Source of the DNA: a virus
Length of the DNA: 64,000 nt
Strand: one strand, 5' to 3'
Virus record (IMG/VR): IMGVR_UViG_3300028388_004019
Coordinates: 1-64,000 of that record
In this document: positions 39,501-47,580 of the stretch, piece by piece
Layout: the number at the start of each line of letters is the position of its first letter
Numbering within the stretch: the stretch's first letter is position 1
Translations under genes and position numbers: made by a program
Notes under the pieces: generated by a model
The model's database searches: none
What the model was told of the DNA's origin: nothing
Seen by the model: only the letters and a program-made list of their open reading frames with translations

Positions 39501-40334
39501 TTAAATTAACTCCATAGGTAATTGAATATTACTTAACCTCTCAGTTATAATATCATAATACTCTTTAACCATCTCACTACCAAGGTAATTTCTATCTTTA
39601 TTAATTGCCGCTCTCGCGGTAGTACCACTACCCATCATTGGGTCATAAACTAAATCACCCTTATTAGTCCAAGTCTCAATATGGTCTTCCACAAGCTTAG
39701 TTGGAAATATCGCGGGATGTTGATATGCAATCTCATCTTCTTGACCATTCTTCGATGTCTTATATGTCCATACATTATATCTCTGTCCATATTCAGAAAT
39801 TGTTTTTCTACTGTTTTCCTTCATAGTACCGTCCTTTTGTCTAACGGTGTTTTTACCCCATGAACCGACCTTACCCCCATAAACATTTTTACGGTCTTTA
39901 ATTGAGTTAAATGTTTTCGGTTTTCCCTTAGAAAAAACAAACATATACTCAAATATTTGATGGTATCGATTAGAAGACGGGTTAGAAAAGTTATTCTTTT
40001 GATAAATCATAGTATCATGAATATTGAAACCTATCTCTTTGAAATATAACGCCTGTCTAAATGATGTTCCTGTTTCTGAACCATTATGTGTAGCATCACC
40101 AACAACCCAAACAACTACCCCACCTTCTTTTGTGACTCGATATAACTCCTTCGCAATATCCTCAAAGGGAAACGAATATCCGTTATAATCTGTTTGATTA
40201 CCTTTTATGTGGTTTTTATAGGTTCTTAAATCATCGTAAGGTGGAGAAGTAACAGTTAAATCAATACTATTATCATCCATTCTTGACATAGTATCAAGAC
40301 AGTTTTCATTATAAATCATATTTTTTTTAATCAT
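39501..40334 (-). CDS. Beta-class DNA methyltransferase (N4-C/N6-A)
   Basis: VTSPPY (motif IV) precedes HPAIFP and DPMMGSGTT (motif I). Confidence 0.92.
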   Translation of the reverse strand: MIKKNMIYNENCLDTMSRMDDNSIDLTVTSPPYDDLRTYKNHIKGNQTDYNGYSFPFEDIAKELYRVTKEGGVVVWVVGDATHNGSETGTSFRQALYFKEIGFNIHDTMIYQKNNFSNPSSNRYHQIFEYMFVFSKGKPKTFNSIKDRKNVYGGKVGSWGKNTVRQKDGTMKENSRKTISEYGQRYNVWTYKTSKNGQEDEIAYQHPAIFPTKLVEDHIETWTNKGDLVYDPMMGSGTTARAAINKDRNYLGSEMVKEYYDIITERLSNIQLPMELI

Positions 40335-40370
40335 ATTAATAGTGTAATATTTTTTTGTATTTTGTACAGT

Positions 40371-40961
40371 TTATCCTCGTAAAATAACTTTATTATGATT
40401 ACTATAAATATCATAATAACTACCTTGTTGGATATTACCATAGGCCATATACTCGAAATTACAAAGGTCAGTCACTTTATATCTACCCGTCAATTGTCCT
40501 GGTCCTGAATGTTCAAAATGAAATAATATGTGATATCCATCTTGAATATTTTTTCTTAATTTAGTCTTTTCTTCAGGTGTTGAAGTATAAAAAACTCTGA
40601 ACCTACTTTTAATATCATCTATATCTGAACTTATTTTTAATTCAGGATATATTACTTTTTCCCCAACTCTAAGTCTTAAGTCAGGATATCCCGTACCTAA
40701 TCTTTCAACAATAACATCATCACCATAATGTTTCTGTATTGCATTAACCATGACATTTTCAACAAAATTACCATATTCATTAATACGTCCATGATACTCC
40801 ATTTCACTATTTTTAACAATGGTTTGTTCAGTTATATTACTCAAAAAATCAATCATATCTTGAGTAACTTCTAAAATTTCTGAATCATAATATGCTGAAA
40901 TATAATCATTCAATGTTATTTTTTGTTTTTTTTGAGCCCTAAGATATGATATATTGTCCAT
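40371..40961 (-). CDS. Putative PD-(D/E)XK restriction-endonuclease-like protein
   Basis: RINEYGNFVE...GYPD...YPELK catalytic-like motif, directly upstream of the MTase. Confidence 0.6.
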   Translation of the reverse strand: MDNISYLRAQKKQKITLNDYISAYYDSEILEVTQDMIDFLSNITEQTIVKNSEMEYHGRINEYGNFVENVMVNAIQKHYGDDVIVERLGTGYPDLRLRVGEKVIYPELKISSDIDDIKSRFRVFYTSTPEEKTKLRKNIQDGYHILFHFEHSGPGQLTGRYKVTDLCNFEYMAYGNIQQGSYYDIYSNHNKVILRG

Positions 40962-40982
40962 TTAATATTATTTTACATTTCA

Positions 40983-41016
40983 AATATACAACAAAAAAGG
41001 GACTCTCACAAGTCCC
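40983..41016. repeat. 34-bp direct repeat copy 2 (terminator plus promoter module)
   Basis: Identical to 39455-39488. On the minus strand it is a GGGACT-TGTGAG-AGTCCC-T6 hairpin and TTG-N20-TATATTTG. Confidence 0.9.
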
Positions 41017-41458
41017 CTTCATAAAAAATCACCTCAACACCACTTTCTTCGAACATCTGTTTTGAACGTTTGGCATGTTCGTCCCAATGTTCTCGGTTTC
41101 TTGTGGTGTCCACAGTCTTACAATAGATACGTCTGACCCCTGAACTAATTATCCCACGAGCACAATCACTACACGGTATACCACAGGTCAAATACATTGT
41201 TGTATCTCTTAGACTGACACCGATACGTGCTGCGTTATATAAAGCGTTACGTTCCGCATGTTCAAACCAAAAATACTTCTCTGGTCTTACCTGACGTTCT
41301 TCCACATCATCGTTGATACCACGAGGAAAGGAGTTATACCCAGTGGTGATAATCTCGTGGTCCTTACCCACGATGACTGCACCAATTTTTGTTCTACGGT
41401 CTTTTGACTTCTCTTTGACCTGTTCGGCAATATTCAAAAAATACTTATCCCAATTCAT
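41006..41458 (-). CDS. dCMP deaminase family protein
   Basis: KIGAVIV, TGYNSFP, HAERNA and PCSDCA zinc-binding motifs. Confidence 0.92.
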   Translation of the reverse strand: MNWDKYFLNIAEQVKEKSKDRRTKIGAVIVGKDHEIITTGYNSFPRGINDDVEERQVRPEKYFWFEHAERNALYNAARIGVSLRDTTMYLTCGIPCSDCARGIISSGVRRIYCKTVDTTRNREHWDEHAKRSKQMFEESGVEVIFYEGDL

Positions 41459-41594
41459 CTTCTTCTTTTGTTTCGTACCACGAAGGATTTGGTAAACCTG
41501 AATAATGGTCCCAAGTCTCGTCTGGTAACCAGTTTACTGTTTCACCTGAGAGACGTTGTTGGTCTTCTCTATCTTTACTATTCCGTCTGCCCAT
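41445..41594 (-). CDS. Possible small ORF (49 aa)
   Basis: Translated by hand: MGRRNSKDREDQQRLSGETVNWLPDETWDHYSGLPNPSWYETKEEDELG*. It fills the gap between sbcC and the deaminase; the start is uncertain. Confidence 0.35.
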   Translation of the reverse strand: MGRRNSKDREDQQRLSGETVNWLPDETWDHYSGLPNPSWYETKEEDELG

Positions 41595-42643
41595 TGTGAT
41601 ACCATTGGATTATGTGTGATAATTAATATTTTCTCGAAGTAGTCTTTAATCTTATGGAAGAATTCTGCTACCATCTCCAAGTTGTCGTTGGATATCTTTC
41701 CAAATACTTCATCGAATACCACCACGTTTGGTTTTGGTAGTGAACATACTTTTGACAGTACCGCTCTAAGTGCCAAGGACGCCATCGTTCTTTCAAACCC
41801 TGAACCTGACGACATCAACTTCTCAATCTGAGTGTTGTTGTCAATCATCCAAAATTCAACCTCATCTTTCTCTGAGATACGAACCTCCAACTTAAACTCT
41901 GCCGAGTCCATAAGTAGTCGTTGTAGTTCTGAGTTGATGACTGGCATCATACTTCTCATAATCATCTTTGAGATACCCTTCTTACCGAAGAGTTCCAAAT
42001 AGATTTTGTAGATTTTTAGTTTTGCTTCTTCCTCTTTGATTTTCTCAATAAGGTCTTTGAAATCAACAATCTTCTCTTCGTATTTTTTGATGTTGGCTTG
42101 AGATGTGGTAATCTCGTAGTTGACTCCTTCTTTTTCTCTTTGAAGGTCGTCCAATCTCATATCAGCACGAAGGATGGTCTCATCAATCTTTTTGTTCTCC
42201 TCAAACTTCTCTTTGTCTTTGTTGAAACGGTCCAACTTATCTTGAGCTTGGTCTTTCTTCAACTTCAACGATTCCAATTGAATCTCAAACTTCTCTTTGA
42301 TGAGCTTGTTTCTTTCATAAAGGTCAAAAGCTTTCTTAAGGTCCACAAACGATTGTTCTTCCTTTGTCAACTTCTCAACTTCTTTCACACTTTTCTTAAC
42401 CTTCTTTTCAAGGTCTTTTGACTCTTCTTTCTTTTTGTCGGCATAGTCTGACTTGGCCAGTTCTATACCACAATACTGACAGGAGAAACCTCCTTCAAAA
42501 TCCTTTAGTTCATCGGTGATGTCCGAGATTTTGGATTCCATGGTTCCCAACTTAACTTTCTCTTCTGATAATAAGTCCTTCACGTTATCGTGCTGGTCCT
42601 CATGGTAATATTCAGAAGGTTCAACAACCTTAACCTGTTTCAA
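41534..42643 (-). CDS. SbcC/Rad50/gp46-like ATPase, C-terminal part
   Basis: Zinc hook CQYC, coiled coil, signature SSGSGFE, Walker B VVVFDEVFG and H-loop IITHN. Confidence 0.9.
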   Translation of the reverse strand: MKQVKVVEPSEYYHEDQHDNVKDLLSEEKVKLGTMESKISDITDELKDFEGGFSCQYCGIELAKSDYADKKKEESKDLEKKVKKSVKEVEKLTKEEQSFVDLKKAFDLYERNKLIKEKFEIQLESLKLKKDQAQDKLDRFNKDKEKFEENKKIDETILRADMRLDDLQREKEGVNYEITTSQANIKKYEEKIVDFKDLIEKIKEEEAKLKIYKIYLELFGKKGISKMIMRSMMPVINSELQRLLMDSAEFKLEVRISEKDEVEFWMIDNNTQIEKLMSSGSGFERTMASLALRAVLSKVCSLPKPNVVVFDEVFGKISNDNLEMVAEFFHKIKDYFEKILIITHNPMVSQWADGIVKIEKTNNVSQVKQ

Positions 42644-43752
42644 GTCAGACTCAACACCATTGATTCCTTGATGTTATCTTCTTGACCTTTGATAAGTTCA
42701 TTGTGCTCTTCAATGTAACCCTTCAAAGATTCGATATCATAAAGGTTTGAGGTCATGCTCTTTTGAAACTTTGAGGACATTTCCTTTGCGGTATCTTCCT
42801 TAAGTTTCAATGCGTCCAATCCCAAGAACCTTGAAAGGACTTGTCCTCTCGCTGTTGGTTTGGCATCAATCAACTCTTCCAAGTTGGTTGCCGTTGTTAA
42901 GATGGTCATCAAAAAGTCATCCATTGTTCCAATGGACTTCTTAATGAAATCCTCCGTTTCTCTTCTCTGTTCACCAGTAAAGTTCAATAAGCTTCCGTCG
43001 GCAAGTTTCTTGAAGAACTCCAAAGATGTGCTAACGGTATAGTCAACTTTGTTTCTCTTCAACTTTCTGGTCACCTCTCTGACGATGATATACTCCTCAC
43101 CGTCAATAAGAACTTCACCCTTTACTGTGACCTTATCCTTGTTTCTAAATCTATTAAAGATTTCTTCTGCTTTACTCGTCTTAGTAGTTTGGTTGAAGAA
43201 AAGGAAAAGAAGGAGGTCTACTGTCAAAACGGTCTTTCCTCCAAAATTGGGGGGATTGGATTCGACCGTTGAGATTCCTTTGATTTTATCAAAGTTCAAA
43301 ATTTGTCCATCACCAAAAGATAAGAAGTTTGAAAACTCAATCTTCTTAATATACCACTTCTTAAATGGGGTGACCTCTGCCTTCTCAGACGCAATAGCGT
43401 TCTCAACAGCATCATCCAAATTAAGAATGTCGTCGGCATATTCCTTCAACTTATTGTTGTCCAAATACTTAACGATGAGTTCCTTTTGGTAGTTCTCATC
43501 CAAAATGTTCACAGACACATCAATGGACTGTAAATCACCTTCATCAGTTTTGACTTTGGTAACCACATTCACATTGGTCGATGAATACTTCTTCTGAAAG
43601 TACGTCCTTACCCTTTTGATTCTTTCTTGTGTGAAGTTTTCGGGGGTGTCTTCCCACACTACTTGAATGTAAGGGTTGGTCAACTCATCAGTTTTTAATT
43701 TGTGAGACATAAAGTTGTAGTTTAGTTCTTTCGGTGGATTGAACAAATCCAT
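42640..43752 (-). CDS. SbcC/Rad50/gp46-like ATPase, N-terminal part (frame break at about 42660)
   Basis: IKKIEFSNFLSFG, Walker A-like NPPNFGGKT and start of the coiled coil; the frame switches near codon 364. Confidence 0.88.
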   Translation of the reverse strand: MDLFNPPKELNYNFMSHKLKTDELTNPYIQVVWEDTPENFTQERIKRVRTYFQKKYSSTNVNVVTKVKTDEGDLQSIDVSVNILDENYQKELIVKYLDNNKLKEYADDILNLDDAVENAIASEKAEVTPFKKWYIKKIEFSNFLSFGDGQILNFDKIKGISTVESNPPNFGGKTVLTVDLLLFLFFNQTTKTSKAEEIFNRFRNKDKVTVKGEVLIDGEEYIIVREVTRKLKRNKVDYTVSTSLEFFKKLADGSLLNFTGEQRRETEDFIKKSIGTMDDFLMTILTTATNLEELIDAKPTARGQVLSRFLGLDALKLKEDTAKEMSSKFQKSMTSNLYDIESLKGYIEEHNELIKGQEDNIKESMVLSLT

Positions 43753-43753
43753 T

Positions 43754-43996
43754 TTATAGTTTGATATCCAAAGGTGTGTTTTCGTCTGCGTTTGGTAACT
43801 CTACGTCACCCATACTAATTTGAGGACCTGTTTGTTGTGTTTCCTCTTGCTCACCTCTTAATTGCTCCAACTGAGCAGTCATCTGCTCTTGCCATAGTTT
43901 TTGCATTTGGTTCATTTCACCTTTTAGACGAGCATTTCTCGCCTGAACTCTTTTACGGTGTGCCTTGGCTCCACCTCTTTTTTTTGTTCTACCCAT
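43754..43996 (-). CDS. Hypothetical protein
   Basis: 80 aa with a basic N-terminus. Confidence 0.65.
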   Translation of the reverse strand: MGRTKKRGGAKAHRKRVQARNARLKGEMNQMQKLWQEQMTAQLEQLRGEQEETQQTGPQISMGDVELPNADENTPLDIKL

Positions 43997-44186
43997 TGTT
44001 TTTTTTGTTTTCTAAGTAATCTATTATAAAACCGATAGCCACAAGTATATGCATTCCAAATGACATAATCAACTCGTGGATATCATCATATACGTTCAAA
44101 CTCAAATGAACGTGACCCACAACCCAAAATGGTATTGCAAGGTTTTGACTAATCCATACCGTAGTATATTTTAAGAAATGTTTCAT
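43989..44186 (-). CDS. Small membrane protein
   Basis: Probable start MKHFLKY; two hydrophobic segments. Confidence 0.65.
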   Translation of the reverse strand: MKHFLKYTTVWISQNLAIPFWVVGHVHLSLNVYDDIHELIMSFGMHILVAIGFIIDYLENKKNNG

Positions 44187-44187
44187 C

Positions 44188-44520
44188 TTATTTCTCGAAA
44201 TGTTCAACAATCGTGTTGATGGCCCATACACCACCTGATGCCAACATCCCATCGAAGAATATTGCCGGTACTGTTGGTATTCCCATCTCGATACCCCAAA
44301 TGGAGTAGATAAATGCACCCATGAAAAATCCTACCCATGTTGAACAACACATCATACAGGAAATGATTCCGTGAATGAAATTGAACAACGGTCCGAGGAC
44401 TGGAATACGTGAGTTACCCAATTTTTCAATGGACAAACGTGTTGATTGGAATATGGAACCATACACAATAATCTGTGTCATTCCGTAAGCGGCGATTAAC
44501 CATAATAATAATATCATCAT
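44188..44520 (-). CDS. DUF1360-like membrane protein
   Basis: Hydrophobic helices around ISCMMCCSTWVGF (CxxC...W). Confidence 0.65.
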   Translation of the reverse strand: MMILLLWLIAAYGMTQIIVYGSIFQSTRLSIEKLGNSRIPVLGPLFNFIHGIISCMMCCSTWVGFFMGAFIYSIWGIEMGIPTVPAIFFDGMLASGGVWAINTIVEHFEK

Positions 44521-45401
44521 AATTCTTTATTTAAGTTTGTTGATGCCAAATATGTGGCAGTTTGTTTTTTGAATTCCTTATCCAATTCTAACATAATTTC
44601 TTCATATTGTGAAATGGATTTATCTTTTTCTCTAATTTCTTCTTTTAACTTCTGAATGGTGTTTTGTAATCCTTTGAGTTTTTCAGGGTCAGCATTTCCT
44701 TTGACTTCCTTAATAACCTCAACCTCTTTGATTACCTCCACTGGTACTTCTTTGATAATTTCGACCTCTTTGGTGACCTCGATTTCCTTAACAACCTCTT
44801 TAGGTTTCTCCTCCAAAAGAACTTCCAACTCAGATAGTTGCCTCTCCAATTTTTTCTTTTCAGCATTTGCATTCTTCAGTTTTGTACTATATGTTTTGTT
44901 TGACCTCTCCAACTTGGTAAGTTTCCCTCCGAGTTCCTTTACCTGCTCATCATCGGTGATATAAACCTCTTTGGTGACCACCTTCTCAACTGGTTTCTCC
45001 ACCTCGACAATCTTCTCTACTTCTTTGATTACCTCTACAGGTTTTTCAACCTCAACGATTACCTCTTTCTCAATAACCTTTTCAACAATCTTTTCAACGG
45101 GGACCTCCTTGGTGATGACCCTCTCGACCTCTTTAATGACTTCTACGGGGACTTCTTTCTCCACAACCTTCTCCACCACCTTTTCAACTGGAACCTCAAC
45201 ACGGACCTCCTTAATCACCTCTTTCTCGATGACCTTCACCCCATCAGCATTTAATAATCCATATTTTTCAATCTGATACCCTTGAGCGAAGCATTCTTTG
45301 ATGAACTCATTGATGTCGAGTTCATTCAACTTACAGAACACTTTAAGGTCCTTAAGTTCTGAAGATGAAAAGTTAATAGTTGGTGAGTTGTTCTGTGCCA
45401 T
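44517..45401 (-). CDS. Protein with V/E/K-rich (VEKIVEKEVPVEV) repeats and coiled coil
   Basis: Two blocks of VEK/VPVEV/IKEVE repeats flanking a coiled coil; 294 aa. Confidence 0.8.
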   Translation of the reverse strand: MAQNNSPTINFSSSELKDLKVFCKLNELDINEFIKECFAQGYQIEKYGLLNADGVKVIEKEVIKEVRVEVPVEKVVEKVVEKEVPVEVIKEVERVITKEVPVEKIVEKVIEKEVIVEVEKPVEVIKEVEKIVEVEKPVEKVVTKEVYITDDEQVKELGGKLTKLERSNKTYSTKLKNANAEKKKLERQLSELEVLLEEKPKEVVKEIEVTKEVEIIKEVPVEVIKEVEVIKEVKGNADPEKLKGLQNTIQKLKEEIREKDKSISQYEEIMLELDKEFKKQTATYLASTNLNKEL

Positions 45402-46155
45402 GTTCTAAGTCTTCAATGTCGGTGATTTTGAAACTCAAGAATGGTCTTGGGTTTGATAAATCCACAAAGGAATATTTGTCCTTCTCTATATTATAAATAC
45501 CGAAACCATGCTTGGTCACACTCTCCCCAAAGTTTTGTTGAATGGTGGAACCCACCATATAGGCTTTCTTATCATCAGGGATATTAATCACCTGACGTTT
45601 GTGGATATCACCACATAATACCACATCCAATCCTCTGAAGTTCTCCAACTCATACGCATGGTCACCAAAATCAAAACCAGTGTCAGTTGTCAATCCCTGA
45701 ATAGGGTCATGAAATAACCCAATCTTAAATCCTTCAGCCTCACTAATATCAGGTTTGATATTCCCCTGAAACTGTGAATATACACACCAACTGACATTCT
45801 CATCTTCATAAACTCCTCTGTCTCTGTAATATACAATCTCAGGGTTCTTTAATGAATCAATGATAGGTGTCAACGCATCCAAACGATTAAGGTTATTGTT
45901 AAGGAAGTCGTGATTACCAGGGATAAGGACCGTCTTTGCAATTTTGGTACACTCTGTCAATGTCCATGCAACAATCTCAATAAGTTCAGGCGTCATCTGA
46001 TTCTTACTATGAACCAAATCACCAGTGAACACAATACGGTCAGGACCAATCTCCTTAAACTTCTCCAACATATCTGTTAGAATCTGTCTATATAAGTCGT
46101 GGTCCTTGAATAATCTTAAATGTAAATCTGAAAAGTGTACTAAGGTATTAATCAT
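45373..46155 (-). CDS. SbcD/Mre11/gp47-like metallophosphoesterase nuclease
   Basis: SDLH, TGD, PGNHD, FH and CGDIHK motifs. Confidence 0.9.
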   Translation of the reverse strand: MINTLVHFSDLHLRLFKDHDLYRQILTDMLEKFKEIGPDRIVFTGDLVHSKNQMTPELIEIVAWTLTECTKIAKTVLIPGNHDFLNNNLNRLDALTPIIDSLKNPEIVYYRDRGVYEDENVSWCVYSQFQGNIKPDISEAEGFKIGLFHDPIQGLTTDTGFDFGDHAYELENFRGLDVVLCGDIHKRQVINIPDDKKAYMVGSTIQQNFGESVTKHGFGIYNIEKDKYSFVDLSNPRPFLSFKITDIEDLEHGTEQLTNY

Positions 46156-46496
46156 CGGATTGATTTGAATTTACCGTGAATATAATAGTTGAATTGTTCC
46201 CATTTATTGAGTTCGGAACCCCATAACTTTCGGTCACTCATATCGATACACCAATCATCCCATTTTTCAAATAGGTAAAGGATATCAATTGTAAGTTCAC
46301 CAGAATGTGTGACCGTTGGGAATGACCACGTGATTTCAAATAGTGAACCCTCCCAATGAATACCATTATGAATATTCAAGAATTGGAAACCAAACTTATC
46401 ATGGTCACCACCCAAATACACATTGAATAATCCTATCTTAAGATTCCATCGGTGGGTCTTCCACGCTATCTTCTGAAGTAGTTTTCTTATTTTCAT
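46152..46496 (-). CDS. Hypothetical protein
   Basis: Probable start MKIRKLL; Trp-rich. Confidence 0.6.
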   Translation of the reverse strand: MKIRKLLQKIAWKTHRWNLKIGLFNVYLGGDHDKFGFQFLNIHNGIHWEGSLFEITWSFPTVTHSGELTIDILYLFEKWDDWCIDMSDRKLWGSELNKWEQFNYYIHGKFKSIR

Positions 46497-46561
46497 TTTC
46501 TTCTGTTTTACTATTCCACATTTCGTCCCAAAAGTAGAACGTTTCTTTCTTATTGTTAAAA

Positions 46562-46786
46562 TCACTCATCTCCGAGAATATCAAATTCTTCGTTCATGTG
46601 TCCACACTTTGCACACACATAAGTTTCCATAGGTACCAGTTGGTCCTCAGGAGACCCAGTTAACAATTTACTAATTTTTTTTATAATTGTCACCTTTTCA
46701 AAGAAAATATTTTCACATTCCTCACATTTCACATTCGGCGAGTCCATTACGTTCACCTGAATCTTCTTTCCTCCACTTAAATCCAT
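46562..46786 (-). CDS. Small zinc-ribbon protein
   Basis: CEEC...CAKC pairs, 74 aa. Confidence 0.75.
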   Translation of the reverse strand: MDLSGGKKIQVNVMDSPNVKCEECENIFFEKVTIIKKISKLLTGSPEDQLVPMETYVCAKCGHMNEEFDILGDE

Positions 46787-46799
46787 TTTTAATTGGCAA

Positions 46800-47429
46800 T
46801 TATCTTTTTAATTGGCAGAACGATACAATGATGTACCTCTGACCTGTTAATACGGGTAAACCCCCGTGGCGGTGTGTTATCTGACCAGGGTGAATGGATA
46901 TATTCCCCTTCAACCCTTTTAATGATGTCTGTTGATTTGGGAAGTAGGTACCTCCACCAGTAAAGTCCTCAGTATTTAATGTTACCACAACAGTAATCTG
47001 ACTCATATCGTGGTGTAACCCCAAATGGTATTGAGCATAAGGATGATAACGAGCAATAAAGTTTTCCGAATGTAGATTTAACCAATCAGGTTCTTCTAAT
47101 TTATAAAGATATGTCGCCATCGGCCAAACATATTCTTTCAATACCGCTTCATAGGTTTCGTGTAAACCCAAAGTCTCCATCACCATATCTGTCGTTGGAT
47201 AACTCTCATGTCGGTCCACAGTCCAACAATTACATGCCTCAGCTTCTTGAATGATATAGTCACAAAATAAATCAGTGAAACAAGGAATGGTATATATATT
47301 CGGCAATTCCTCTTGAGCATATAGGTCCCATTTGAAACTCGTAACCTCAGGACGTAAAAACTTTTCCCTCCAACCTTCAGGGTCGCTAAAATAGGTATAT
47401 AATTCTGGATGTACTCTACTCTCTCCCAT
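46800..47429 (-). CDS. PLOD-type lysyl hydroxylase domain (2-oxoglutarate/Fe(II) dioxygenase), intact active site
   Basis: HPELYTYFSDPEGWREKF, PNIYTIPCFTDLFCD, YPTTD, NFIARY, LHHD (HxD), FTGGGTYF, HPGQITHRHGGLPVLTGQRYIIVSF. Colinear with the PLOD C-terminal domain, including the distal His and the 2OG-binding Arg. Confidence 0.9.
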   Translation of the reverse strand: MGESRVHPELYTYFSDPEGWREKFLRPEVTSFKWDLYAQEELPNIYTIPCFTDLFCDYIIQEAEACNCWTVDRHESYPTTDMVMETLGLHETYEAVLKEYVWPMATYLYKLEEPDWLNLHSENFIARYHPYAQYHLGLHHDMSQITVVVTLNTEDFTGGGTYFPNQQTSLKGLKGNISIHPGQITHRHGGLPVLTGQRYIIVSFCQLKR

Positions 47430-47580
47430 ATTCTTCTCCCGATTCTCTAGCTAGTTTAACACCATACCCGATTAACACCCCACCAATAAATGATGTCCAT
47501 AACCACGGGTACGAAGTCATGAATATCCCCAACATGGTGAAGATGATTGCGTGTCCGTATTTACTTACCTTTATCTTCAT
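47416..47580 (-). CDS. Small membrane protein (54 aa) between the two hydroxylase-domain genes
   Basis: Translated by hand: MKIKVSKYGHAIIFTMLGIFMTSYPWLWTSFIGGVLIGYGVKLARESGEEYGRE*. Confidence 0.65.
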   Translation of the reverse strand: MKIKVSKYGHAIIFTMLGIFMTSYPWLWTSFIGGVLIGYGVKLARESGEEYGRE

